Source: Candidatus Obscuribacterales bacterium
GTDB taxonomy: Bacteria > Cyanobacteriota > Vampirovibrionia > Obscuribacterales > Obscuribacteraceae
Assembly (NCBI GenBank): GCA_965228855.1
Contig: CBDDIJ010000005.1
Span: 1,574,443-1,638,442 of the forward strand
Length of the DNA: 64,000 nt
Direction of reading: 5' to 3'
Within the stretch, counting starts at the first letter, position 1. Each line of letters opens with the position of its first letter. The notes beneath the pieces are model-generated. The model saw nothing but the letters and a program-made list of their open reading frames with translations. It searched no databases and had not been told where the DNA came from. Position numbers and translations under genes: made by a program. Shown piece by piece: positions 48,246 to 59,500 of the stretch.

Positions 48246-51047
48246 CTACTGGGATAGCATCGTCACTCCACCGGCAAGTGTAATTGCATTCTTTTTCGTG
48301 CTGCCGATTCTGATTGTACCGGCCGTTGCTTCAATAGTGTTGTTGGGCGCCTTGCCTTTCGCTTGAGCACCGCGAAATTCGACGGTGCCACCACTTGCAA
48401 GCACCGTTGTGTTTTTAGGCGCGGCAACCGCGGAACCCATTGCGCTCTCGCGAGTAACGAAGATACCGTCAAAATTCGCTTCTAGTGATGAGCCTTTCCC
48501 GAATAGAATCTTACCTTTCTCGGTGCTGATGTTAATCGATTGAGTCGCTCTGATGGAAGCGGTTTCACCCAATTCGATTTTTCCTTTCTGTGAAGTTAGT
48601 GTCGCGGCGGCTCCCGATTGAAGCGAACCATTCACGATGACATCGTTATCGACAGACACTAGCGAAATGCCGGACGTAGTGGACGTAATGTCACCATTGG
48701 CGATAACGTCACCATCAGTCGAAGATAAGATGACTGAGCCGGCATTCAATGGACCATTAGCGATTATGCTCTTGTCGGAAGTTATGCTGAAAGTTCCGAC
48801 CGCACTCGAAGCTTCGTTAACCGTGACCGGTCCAGTTGAGTTGATGTAGGCGGCCCCTACATCCGCCGTGACAGCGAGCCCAGCGCTTATCACATTTATC
48901 TTATTGCTGTTGTTTCCAACATCGCCAGCTGAGAGACGAACAGTGCCTTCGTCGGCTTGGAATTTTCCATTAAACGTAAATATTCGAGCGAAACCATCGA
49001 CATTTACGTCTCCTTTGAAAGAACGAACCAACCCAGTATTGCTCAATAGAACATCATCGGCAGAGTAAATTGAGATGTCGGCGTTCGAGGAAACAGTTCC
49101 GTTTACAGTGACATCGGATGCGGTGCCTGTAACCAGAGTGCCAGTGACTAGTGAATTCCCAGAAGCTACTGCACCAGCAGCATTCCAAGAAATTGAATTT
49201 CCATTGCTGGATGCGAAGCTCGAATTTTTAAGGGTAATTAGTCCACTTCCGGCAGTACCACCAGTAGTATCGATACTTCCAACAGTAAGTGAACCGTCTG
49301 CACTTCCTCCTGCCGCGATAGTCACATTACCGCTGACGTCCTTACTCTTCCGTCCACCTGTGAAGATTGACACATTAGACAAACTCACCGTGCCACTATT
49401 GAGGTCTGTGCCCTTCTGAGCGCCAATAAAGACATTACCCCCAGAACCTTTTTTGCCTGTCGATCTCGTACTGATCGTCATGTTAATACCGGTTACCAAA
49501 ACGCTGCCGCCCGCCACAGAGCCTGTACCATTACCGGTTATAGTTGCGGCAGTCGTAGTAGCACCGGTTGGAACCGTCGGCGAATTAGCCGTCCCTGCAG
49601 TGATGTTTGCGCCAGCTAGTATCGTGACTGGAAAACCGGTCGTGGAGTCACCGGCAATGATACTAACGCCGCTGGAGGTGACTAATACATTATTTCTCGC
49701 AATGATAACGAGTGCTTCTTGAGCAATAACATCCCCCGTAATGTTGATGTCACCGCCTGCATTTATGTATGTGGGGTCCCCAGTCAAACATATGTTTCCA
49801 AGATTCAACGTATCCGTATCAACAGAAACGTGAGCTGCATATCCAGACTGCGAGACAGTTCCCGTGATATGGTTTACCGCCAGATCCATGACCCCGTGCC
49901 CAGTGTTCATGTTGACCGTTCTACTAAACAAGTCACCGCCCGTAATGGCAGTGTTATATTCCCCTGTGTAGTTGGCTTCTCTAAAATTTATGGATCCGTT
50001 CAACGCATTCACGGTGCCACCCGAGTTGTTAAACACGAGCGCCGATGTAGACGGTCCATAAACGTTTACATCGCTATCACGAGAAGTCACGCTTCCGGAG
50101 TTCTCGATTGAAGCTGCGCATAGCGTAACTCCTCCATCTGCTGATAGCGACGATGTATTCTTTATCGAGTTTCCAGCAGTAACGACTAACGCACCGCCGG
50201 CGGTGACACTTCCATTGTTCAGAAACGTTTTCGATGCAGCGACGTGAAGATCTCCAACAGCGGAAACCAGAGCGCCATTGCCAATCAGAACGTCGTCACC
50301 TTGCAGTGCGGCGCCCCTCTTGTCCGAAGCAAGAAGCATCGTACCGAAGTTTGCAAGATCTCCAGTGAGTTTAAACGCAGTGCCCTTCGAGAAATTTCCG
50401 GTGGCGGTAACACCGGAAGAGATTACGAGTGAAGAGGCACGCAAAGAACTGTCAGTGGTGAGAGCATCAATTGACAATGTCCCGCCGGAAGCGCTCCCGT
50501 CATGAGAGATCTGAAGCGTTTGACCTTCTCCAAGAGCCTGTTTGACAGCCAGATATTCGGACGCAGTGACTCTTGATCCGCTGACCACAGATTTCGTTTC
50601 ACCACCTACAGTGATCTCAACGGATTTGCCGCCGAGTAGCTTGTCACCAATAACTATATTCCTTTCCGCTGAGGTCAGGTCAAAGTTCAGGCCAGTAGTT
50701 GCTTTCAGTACGCGCTTATTGGAACCAATTTCAATTGTGTTTCCACGTTCAATCTGATTGAGGATGCGATGATCGAAGTTGTTTCTTCCAGATTCTCGGG
50801 GTGCCGATACTGCTGGCACAGCGACATTCAGCAAACGCTGCTCGCGAACGGAAGCACGCGCATCTGATCGTTCAACTCTATTTTGCTGGCGAAACATCTG
50901 TCGTAGAACGTGGCGATCGAGCCCGGGACTGTTTTCTCGAAATTCCTGAAAGTCCGACGCTTGCGCTCCATGCGCACTCAAGAAAAGCAAACCGGTAACG
51001 AATGAATTGAATATCCCAAGCTTCGGCCCGGTAAAACGACCTGCCAT
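48246..51047 (-). CDS. Secreted adhesin / filamentous-haemagglutinin-like beta-helix protein (933 aa)
   Basis: Signal peptide (AQA); G/S/T/N-rich beta-strand repeats; colinear similarity with 53530-61056. Confidence 0.78.
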   Translation of the reverse strand: MAGRFTGPKLGIFNSFVTGLLFLSAHGAQASDFQEFRENSPGLDRHVLRQMFRQQNRVERSDARASVREQRLLNVAVPAVSAPRESGRNNFDHRILNQIERGNTIEIGSNKRVLKATTGLNFDLTSAERNIVIGDKLLGGKSVEITVGGETKSVVSGSRVTASEYLAVKQALGEGQTLQISHDGSASGGTLSIDALTTDSSLRASSLVISSGVTATGNFSKGTAFKLTGDLANFGTMLLASDKRGAALQGDDVLIGNGALVSAVGDLHVAASKTFLNNGSVTAGGALVVTAGNSIKNTSSLSADGGVTLCAASIENSGSVTSRDSDVNVYGPSTSALVFNNSGGTVNALNGSINFREANYTGEYNTAITGGDLFSRTVNMNTGHGVMDLAVNHITGTVSQSGYAAHVSVDTDTLNLGNICLTGDPTYINAGGDINITGDVIAQEALVIIARNNVLVTSSGVSIIAGDSTTGFPVTILAGANITAGTANSPTVPTGATTTAATITGNGTGSVAGGSVLVTGINMTISTRSTGKKGSGGNVFIGAQKGTDLNSGTVSLSNVSIFTGGRKSKDVSGNVTIAAGGSADGSLTVGSIDTTGGTAGSGLITLKNSSFASSNGNSISWNAAGAVASGNSLVTGTLVTGTASDVTVNGTVSSNADISIYSADDVLLSNTGLVRSFKGDVNVDGFARIFTFNGKFQADEGTVRLSAGDVGNNSNKINVISAGLAVTADVGAAYINSTGPVTVNEASSAVGTFSITSDKSIIANGPLNAGSVILSSTDGDVIANGDITSTTSGISLVSVDNDVIVNGSLQSGAAATLTSQKGKIELGETASIRATQSINISTEKGKILFGKGSSLEANFDGIFVTRESAMGSAVAAPKNTTVLASGGTVEFRGAQAKGKAPNNTIEATAGTIRIGSTKKNAITLAGGVTMLSQ

Positions 51048-51141
51048 ATGCGTCTCCTGAATGTTGCCTATTTACGGCAAATATATCATCGAAACATTGG
51101 AGAAAGTCAGCTCATGAACGACGTCTCATCGAGCACAGAAT

Positions 51142-52215
51142 CTAGAGCTCTCCGGCACCGAGCTTCACGAGATCACTCTTTGTTTCCGCCAACTCTTTTT
51201 GCCGATCAGGTTCGCGAGCACCGATGAACGAAACCATAGCCGCAACCGTGGCTGGTTTGAGATATTTGGTTTCTAAAAGAAGATGACTGACATTGTCCAT
51301 CCATCGTAAAGTCTGATCGTCGGAACGAATGTCGCGGCAAAGCTTGACCACCTTGCCGGGGATTACGCACCTGTCACTGCTGCCCTGCAGCAAGAGAATC
51401 GGCATTGCCGGTCTTATTTTTGCGGCATACTTGAGATTTTTCGCAACGTATCTGTCCGTTTGCAAGAGATTCCAGATCGTCAATTTTTTGCGAATAAGTG
51501 GGTCGTCGAGCAGTTCTTGCACGATTCTCGGATCATCAGAAACCAGATCCTCCATGAAGAACTCGAGCTTGACGTTGAACTTGGGATCAATAATCAAACC
51601 CTTGAGACCAGCCCGAATACTCTTGGGATGAAACACCATGATTGGATTGACTCGCACGGCGGCTGAGGAGAGAACCATCGCATCGACCAGGTCGCCGTGT
51701 TCTGCGGCCAGGCGTAAGCATGGCGTGACGCCAAGACTTTCGCCAACGAGAATGATTGGCAGATCAGGATGATCTTTTTTTACCAACTTCACGAGCTTGA
51801 CCAGGTCTTCGAAGCTCTTGTTGTAATTAACTCCGCGTTTCGATTCGCCGTTCTGCGAAAATTTTCCATCCGGATCCGAATAACATCTGCCGAAGCCGCG
51901 CATATCGAATGCAAGAGCGTAAAAATTTCCGGCAGCGAAGGCTCGCGCTCCTACTGCATACCGCTGTCCGTGGAGCGTCAGTCCATGAACGAAAATCGCA
52001 TAACCTCTCGCCTTCTCCTTGAAGCCGACAGGGCACCACTCGTATGTGGGAATATTCAATTCCTTTGAATACTTGCCGTCTTGTATATAGGAAAAACGTT
52101 TATTGGGATCCGGGTCATACTGTGCGAAATCCGGTCGTTGCCCGTATGCCGGAACGGATGAGAACAAAGAAGCCATACATATCGCAATTGCATATTTCAA
52201 CTTTCTCTTGAACAC
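51142..52215 (-). CDS. Exported alpha/beta hydrolase (lysophospholipase-like), paralog of 10371-11456
   Basis: PTYEW, HGLTLHGQRY, DMRGFG, GESLG, DRCV, SHLLLET. Confidence 0.88.
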   Translation of the reverse strand: MFKRKLKYAIAICMASLFSSVPAYGQRPDFAQYDPDPNKRFSYIQDGKYSKELNIPTYEWCPVGFKEKARGYAIFVHGLTLHGQRYAVGARAFAAGNFYALAFDMRGFGRCYSDPDGKFSQNGESKRGVNYNKSFEDLVKLVKLVKKDHPDLPIILVGESLGVTPCLRLAAEHGDLVDAMVLSSAAVRVNPIMVFHPKSIRAGLKGLIIDPKFNVKLEFFMEDLVSDDPRIVQELLDDPLIRKKLTIWNLLQTDRYVAKNLKYAAKIRPAMPILLLQGSSDRCVIPGKVVKLCRDIRSDDQTLRWMDNVSHLLLETKYLKPATVAAMVSFIGAREPDRQKELAETKSDLVKLGAGEL

Positions 52216-52401
52216 GTCTAAAGCTCCCGGCAGTGCTGGATGAATAATACAACCTTCTCTACTCAGATGAGTTTAGAACGTATCATCATCGAGCATCGAC
52301 GAAGGCAGTTTATGACCTCACTGCAATTGCGAAATTGAATTCGAGATAGAGAGAAACGTTTCGCCGGAAGAATCATTCAGACAGCGCCGGTAGGCAGACT
52401 A

Positions 52402-52932
52402 CTAGCCGCCGGACTCTCGATGTCCACTGGGTTCGATAACTTTTGCCGGCAGCATTCGGTTTCGTAGCGTCGCACAAACGCTCGCAAATAACATCGCAGG
52501 AACAGTCGCGAGAAGCGCCGCGGTCAAAAACCCTTGCATGCCGGCGACATAAACGTTCAAAGTCGCGGCATTCGGATCTCGAAAACAAATCATCGACAAA
52601 AATCCAGCAAAACCGGCAAAAGTAAATGACACCACCCATAGTGCCGCGTATAAATTCCGGTGGCGAGCGAAGTGGCGATTAACGGTTTGATTTTTCAAAA
52701 CCTTTCCCAAACTCAATGCGAAGAATAAACAGAAATTCGCGGCTATCGCAGTAAACAAACCAAACGCCAGCCCAACTGCAAACAGCGAAACCACCGAGCC
52801 GCGCATGAACTCGGGCAATAAACATTCAGCACTGATCGGGTAATTCAGCCAGATCACAGCATTGAACACGACCGGAATCATCGTGAACATGGCGACAATC
52901 TGCGAATGCCTTAGGAGGTTGCGTTTCATCAT
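52402..52932 (-). CDS. Hypothetical 4-TM membrane protein
   Basis: Hydrophobic helices; start placed at ATG 52932 (ORF is open up to 53133). Confidence 0.55.
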   Translation of the reverse strand: MMKRNLLRHSQIVAMFTMIPVVFNAVIWLNYPISAECLLPEFMRGSVVSLFAVGLAFGLFTAIAANFCLFFALSLGKVLKNQTVNRHFARHRNLYAALWVVSFTFAGFAGFLSMICFRDPNAATLNVYVAGMQGFLTAALLATVPAMLFASVCATLRNRMLPAKVIEPSGHRESGG

Positions 52933-53098
52933 TATCGCCCTGACAGTCTTTCTGTTATACCCAGATAGTGGCGGTTTAAGCTGTTCACAGCCATCCGCCA
53001 CGCGCATACGATGCTCGCGACAGCCTCCCAGCTCGAACTTTGAGACACCCATCGAACTCTCAGTGCCGCGCAAATACCCGCGACGAAAACATCCACGC

Positions 53099-53431
53099 TC
53101 AGTGAAAACAATAAGCTCTGCAGACATGATCATTCATCCAAAGACCACCGGCAATCACCGACGACACAATCATGAGCAATCTCACGCGCGTTGGAATGTT
53201 ACAGGACTTGTTTTTAGCAAACCTTAGCCAAACGGCCGAAGCAATCAGCGGGAAAATGAGGTAGCAGAACTTGCGAAGAACAGAAAGGTGATCGATTCCA
53301 ATTTGCTCAATCGGATATGAGGAGTAAGAATGGAGTGCCTGCAGAAAGTCAAATAAAGCGCCAGAAGACCATGGGTTTAGCGCAAACCAGGTCAAGGTCA
53401 AAACTGTAATTATGCAAACCTTCTTTCTCAT
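53099..53431 (-). CDS. Hypothetical small membrane protein
   Basis: ATG start, 3 hydrophobic segments. Confidence 0.45.
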   Translation of the reverse strand: MRKKVCIITVLTLTWFALNPWSSGALFDFLQALHSYSSYPIEQIGIDHLSVLRKFCYLIFPLIASAVWLRFAKNKSCNIPTRVRLLMIVSSVIAGGLWMNDHVCRAYCFH

Positions 53432-53529
53432 GGCGTCAACCGTTGAACGTCATCAGCATAGCTCACAGAATGTGGACAGCCCAGCGTGAATCTACGAAAC
53501 ACGCGAAAGAGCGGAGCCTTGCACGAAGC

Positions 53530-56500
53530 CTAATTCGACTTAAAAGCAGCCATCCGGCGGCGCTGAACCTGCTCGAAGTTGCCTGCGCCTTGCAGATGCA
53601 AAACCACCGCAGTAGTCTTCATAAGGTGATTGACTACGTCTTTCGCGCCACTATGATTGTGCATAACCAAGTGCTGCAGCGGTTTCACCACTCTAATAGC
53701 CTGGGGCACCGAAAATTCGCCTACAAAGACGCGCATTGTATCGCAAGCCTTGAAGTCGCGAATGTTGCGGTAGCCGAAGCATTCAGCAGGGTTCACGGTT
53801 TCAAAATCCGCAATTTGGGACCAGGTAACAACCGCGTGCTTCCCAGGGCTCAACGTTACAGCGCGATCCCGAATCTTTAAAACAACTGCACCTCGTCGAC
53901 GATCGTCAAGATTGAAAACCGCAAGGGAATCGCCGCTAGCCATCAGTAAAACCAGAGATTTTTCGGCAATCGTGACCTCCCCGAACGGTGTTGCAAAAAC
54001 AGTCTTCGAGTTTCTATGCACGAGCAGCTTGCCCTTCTCAAATCGAATTGGGGTTTGTCCACTGCACGATGCGAGAAAATCGCCGTCAGCGCTGAATCCG
54101 CCTAGGCCGAGGTCCGAATCACAAATTACGTTGGCCGAGAATTCGCCCGCTTCAAAATCCGGACTCGCAGTAATTGCAGCGCCCATAATTCGACCAAGCG
54201 TGGCATCTGACAAACCGGAACCACTCTCAGAAATCGTGGACGTTTGGATGGATATATTGTTGGAGTAGGGTCGAATCAAACTATCAAAATTCGAAGGGGC
54301 AATCAGGCTCAGTGGCAAGACGGAGGCCACCTCCGACCGCGCTCCAAGTTCTGACGCAACCGATTGGTCACCATATATGGCACCATTGGGCAGAGTTAGC
54401 CCTGCCGAAGAATTCTTTGCGATTAGACTTGAAGATTCCAACACTGCGCCGTTCGTAAGATTGCTCTCCACCTGCACCGCCAACAAGGCATCAGGCGGAT
54501 TCGGCGGGTCCGCCGTAATTTTGACGTTGCCGCCCAAAGAAATTGCCTTAGAATTCTGACTACCTGTATCAAAGACTATGTTCGCGTTCTTGTAGGTAAG
54601 AATATTCGAAGGCGATTTCGCGGAAATTCCATTCGTACCAAAGAAGACACCTCCTGTAATACCATCCTGAACGACCTCAACATTGGCTGGAGCAGACCCG
54701 CTCACAGGCGTGGGTGGCGTGACGCCGATGAAGACAGTAACGTCACCACCGAGAGGTCCACTTGTTTCGACTAGGCTGTCCTGTTCAAACTTAATAGAGC
54801 CTTTGTTGGTGTTCGAGTTGTTCAACGTTATCGAACCATTAGATAGAATCTCCGCGCCTCGGGCAATCGTCAACACTTTTGTGGCGGCGCCAGTTCGCAA
54901 AAGCACGTCTCCCTGACTGGAGAGTCCTTCTACTGTGACTTTACTGACATCGGCCAAGATATTCAGATCCTCGACTGAGTGCGCTGTCAGATTGGAAGCT
55001 CTCGTAACCAAACCAAATGCGGGATCTCCGCCATTGATAGCACCACCAGCGGTGACCGTAAGAGACTTGGCAATGAGAGCGCCATCTCCGCTGGTAGTGA
55101 CATCGGAACCGTTGCCGGCCGTTAGTTCCAAACTGCTCTTGCTCGAACCGAAGGCTCCGACGACATCCACATCGGAAATAGACTGTAGTTGCAACTTGTT
55201 GAAGGTTGAGGAATCAAGCGACAACACTCCAGTGCCGACAGACTGCAGTCGTGCTAACGAACCATTGCCAGCAGACAAACTTAGTAGTGACGCATCGAAC
55301 GTCAACGGAGACGTGTCTCCTATCGTTTTATTCGTAGCCAATACAAGAGATTGAGCCGTTATCGAATCTGCTGCACTCTCCATATTGATGGTGCCATTGC
55401 TGCTGAGCGCGAGAGTTCCGCCGACTGTCGAATTTTTCAATACGGTATCTGATTTGTTATAAACATTAGCCGAGCCACCGACATCAAACTTGATCGTAGA
55501 AGCTGTCACGGTCAGTTGCGACCTCGGACCGTACACGGAGCCATCGGCATCAAACAAGATATATTGAGCTGCAATCTTGGCCTTCGATGACAACTGTATG
55601 ATGTCACCGCCTGCGCTTAGCAAAATTTCGGTTATCCCCTTAGAGCTGCCTGCACTCCCGCTAAAAGTCACATCTGAAGCCGAATTGAGAGCCAATGTGG
55701 CGATCGCATTAAGCTTTGTGCTTAGACTTACGGCGCCACCAGAATTGGTGACTGTAACGTTGCCGTTCGTTTTTCCTGATGCGCTCACTGCCCCGGATTT
55801 GATACCGTTTCCAGTGCCCCCACCTTTACCTATATCAAACGCAGCGGAACTATCGGAAATTAGGTTGATTGAGCCAGCTGTACCATTCTCACTGTCAACA
55901 CTCAATGAACCATTGACCAAAAGGTTTCCGGAGCTCGCTCCGGCACCGGCTTCAAGAGTCAATGAACCGGCATTGCCACCCGACTTTCCTCTCGAAACTC
56001 CAACGAGCCCGGCTTGGTCAACAGTCAAATCTCCCGTTGTTCGAAATAAGATATTGCCACCATTTGCGGCACCACCGCCACCGCTTACAATCAACTGAAA
56101 GTCTGCCGCCCCGAATTGCCCGATGGTCGCCGAAGTTTGAGCCGTCTGCTCAACGCTTATGTTCCCTCCGGCTCCCAGACCAAGGGGATTTGCACCAGCT
56201 TCCAGAACTATAGTTCCACCGCCGGTGGCCTCGATGGTTTGAGCCCTTAATTGTATCTCTCCTCCGTTCCCGTCGACTGAAGTAGTTTCAACCACCAGGG
56301 CTCCGTCTTCAATAAGCAGCGCACCAGCGGTTGAAAAATTGATGCTTCCAGCATTAGCACCCGAGACATCAAATTGGAAATCTCCACCGACAGCAGCTCC
56401 ACCCAAGACTACTGAGGATGAACTGTCGGTCAAACTGATATCGATGTAGCCGCCATTGCCGGAACCCATCCCAACCGCCTGATTCAGGACTATCGGACCT

Positions 56501-59500
56501 GTTCCTCGGTTTTCAATTGTTTGTGCTGTAAGCGAGATATTACCCCCATCACCATTAGGACCCGTTGGAGCGAAATTTAGAGCATTCTGATCTATGAAAA
56601 GAGTTCCGCCATGATGAAGATTGAACGCAATTGTGCCACCACTCGCACCAACTGCTGACAAGGCAAACTGACCAGCTTGAGATCCGATCGTCGCGTCCCC
56701 TGAATTGAGAACGATACTGATGCTTCCACCGACATCTGTTCCATCAGCATTGAGAAGGAGCGGGCTGCTCGCGCTGTTCTGCCATTGAATCGAGGCGGCT
56801 TCGAGATTTATGAGCCCACCTGAAAGACCATCCGGATTGACGCTCAATGCCGCAGATGGCAAGGAGATGATTCCCGCAGCCGCTAAACTGAGGTCGCGAA
56901 TTCCGCTGACAAATGGCTCGAAGTCCAGCACCACATCGCCATCCGAGGTGAGAAAGTAACCTCCTGCAGAGCTTGTACCTGTCAGCGTGACGCTGGGCGC
57001 TGTGCTGTGAGCAAAAATCTGAGCACTTGTTGGAGCATTTAGAACAAGACGAGCGGAGTTGGAGTTTAGAGGATTGGTGAGACTAGCGATATCCCCCTTT
57101 TCAGTCGTAGCGGAAACATCGCCGCCCATGCCAGCAACACCGTTCAATCCGTTCAATGAACCTACGCCGCCGAGTCCACCTGCACCGCCGGCGACGTCGA
57201 TAAATCCGTTCTCGAGAATATGCAGGGTACCTGTGACGACCGTCACATCTCCAGCGTTGCCGCCACTACCGCCACTACCACCGATGCCGCCAGTTCCTCC
57301 GACAGCAATACCACCCGCACCACCAGCGCCACCACTAGCATCCAGTAATCCGACCCTGAGGTCAGGTCCGTTGGCGGTAACCGTATCAGTGTGAAGGCTT
57401 ATGTTTCCCGCGTCTCCGCCAGTTCCTCCAGCACCGCCAGCGCCGCCGTTTACTCCAGAGGCTCCCCCGATGCCACCCTCACCACCTGCGACAACGAGCA
57501 TTTTGAAAGTGTTATCGATTCCTGAAATAAGAGATTCGAAGTTTATAGAGCCTGCATTTCCACCATCTCCGCCAGCACCACCTGCATCTCCACCGACTGA
57601 ACCACCGCCGGTCCCGCCAGCACCACCTGCACCACCGGAAGATCGAAGTAGATCAGATTTCAGAAACGTAGGACCGCTTGCATCGGCTGAGTCAAAACCC
57701 AGGTGACCTCCTCGTCCACCAGTTCCTCCCGCGCCTCCAACACCTCCGAGACTTCCACCATCTCCGCCCAGACCGCCTGCACCGCCGTCAGTGAGCACTT
57801 CTAGAAGTTTTTTAGCAGCGACAATGTTAATTGTTCCGCCAGCACCCCCAGCCCCCCCTGCACCGCCGTCGTGCGCACCGCTCATTCCACTGAGCCCATC
57901 GCCTCCGACTCCACCGCTCGCGACAACATTGACCAAGAGATTGTCACCGGTTCCTAGAGAGATGTATCCGCCCTCTCCTCCAGTGCCGCCATCCTGCCCA
58001 ACGCCGCCAGCACCTCCTTTAGCCTGCAGCAAGCCCAAAGTCTGAGAAGTCAAATAATTGGTACCTCCGAATTCTATGACACCGCCTTCACCTCCAAGGC
58101 CGCCTTGCTGGTTTATTCCACCAGCCCCCCCATCACCGCCATCGCTGATTATGGAGAAGCCGCCTAGTACGTTAACGCCATCGAAGTCAATCGTTCCGCC
58201 CAATCCACCACTTCCAGCCGATGTGCCGCCCTGACCGCCACTAGCATCGATTATGAAACTCGACGTAATGAGGGAGCTCCCCACTGAGACTTCTCCGCCA
58301 GCCCCGCCTGCGTTGTTGGCGCCCCCGTCTCCGCCCTTGGCCGTTACGTTAGAGAAACTCAGAGTTACGACTGTAATAACTCCAATAAGGGAAGTGCGCG
58401 CACTTAGTGAGACTTCCCCACCGCTTCCGCCAACCCCAGAGAGACCATAACCGCCCCTCACATCGATTGAAGTCGCGTATAGGTCTGAGGCAAGAGAACT
58501 TATAGTGACAGAGCCGCCGTTCCCAGCGGAACCAGCTAAAGCTCCATTCCCCCCTCGTCCTCCGATGAGTGAAAGATTTCCAAGTGGGTTCGAACTTGTT
58601 CCAATCGATCCGCCTTCTACTATGTAAATTAGCCCACCATCACCGCCTGCGCCACCGTTGCCGGTGTCTCCGTTGTAAGCGAGACTCAAACCAGCATCGC
58701 CCCCGTCGAGATTAGCGCTCAAACCGGCGACAGCCCCTCCACCAATATAGATCGAGCCACCGGTCCCTCCGTCCCCGCCCAAGCCAAAACTACCGTCGCT
58801 GAAACCTCCATCTCCGCCGTGACCACCGCGCCCCTCAACAGAGTTGGTCAAGTTGAAATTGCTTGCATCAACGCGCAGCGTGCCCGCATGACCTCCGGCG
58901 CCTCCGGCTCCTGAGTCTGCGCCGGTTCCTGCAGTGGACCCACCGGAGCCACCACTCCCCCCGCTCATATGGACGGAATCAACTGTAATCAGTGCTCGGT
59001 TTAGCGTAGCACCGTGCAGATAAATTGTTCCGCCGTCTCCTCCAGCACCGCCTGCAGTACCACCGTCATTCGCACTGAATCCTGAACCACCTGAACCGCC
59101 TGCGGCGCCAATGAAGCCAACATAAAGACTGCCCCCGCCGAACTGCCCACCCGCCACGATATTTACATCTCCGCCGCGTCCCCCAACGCCACCGCTCTCC
59201 GCCACGGAGCCCGGCTCAGACCCGCTTGACCCACCGGTGAAAATCCCTTCGATAGAAATAGAAGTCCCATCAGAAGATGAGCCACCACCAAAGGTCGCGC
59301 TCGTAGTTCCATCGACTCCAAATGTCGCTGTCGAACCGTTTTTTATGGCTGGCTTACGCGCGAAAATGGTCACATCTCCGCCGTCAAACCCACCTGGACT
59401 TGAGACTGGCATCCCGGGACCAATTATCACAGGTTCACCGTTAAAGCCGTCAGCAACAATGGAGCCCAACTTCACCGTGTCCGTAATGATCGCTCCTGAC

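Noticed and set aside
52933..53133. Frameshift joining 53099-53431 with 52402-53133
   Set aside because: ORFs overlap by 35 bp, but there is no slippery site or homology evidence; cannot be supported without a search.
57100..59260. RTX toxin repeats
   Set aside because: Tracts are GGxGGx rather than the GGxGxDxLx nonapeptide, and the protein has an N-terminal signal peptide.
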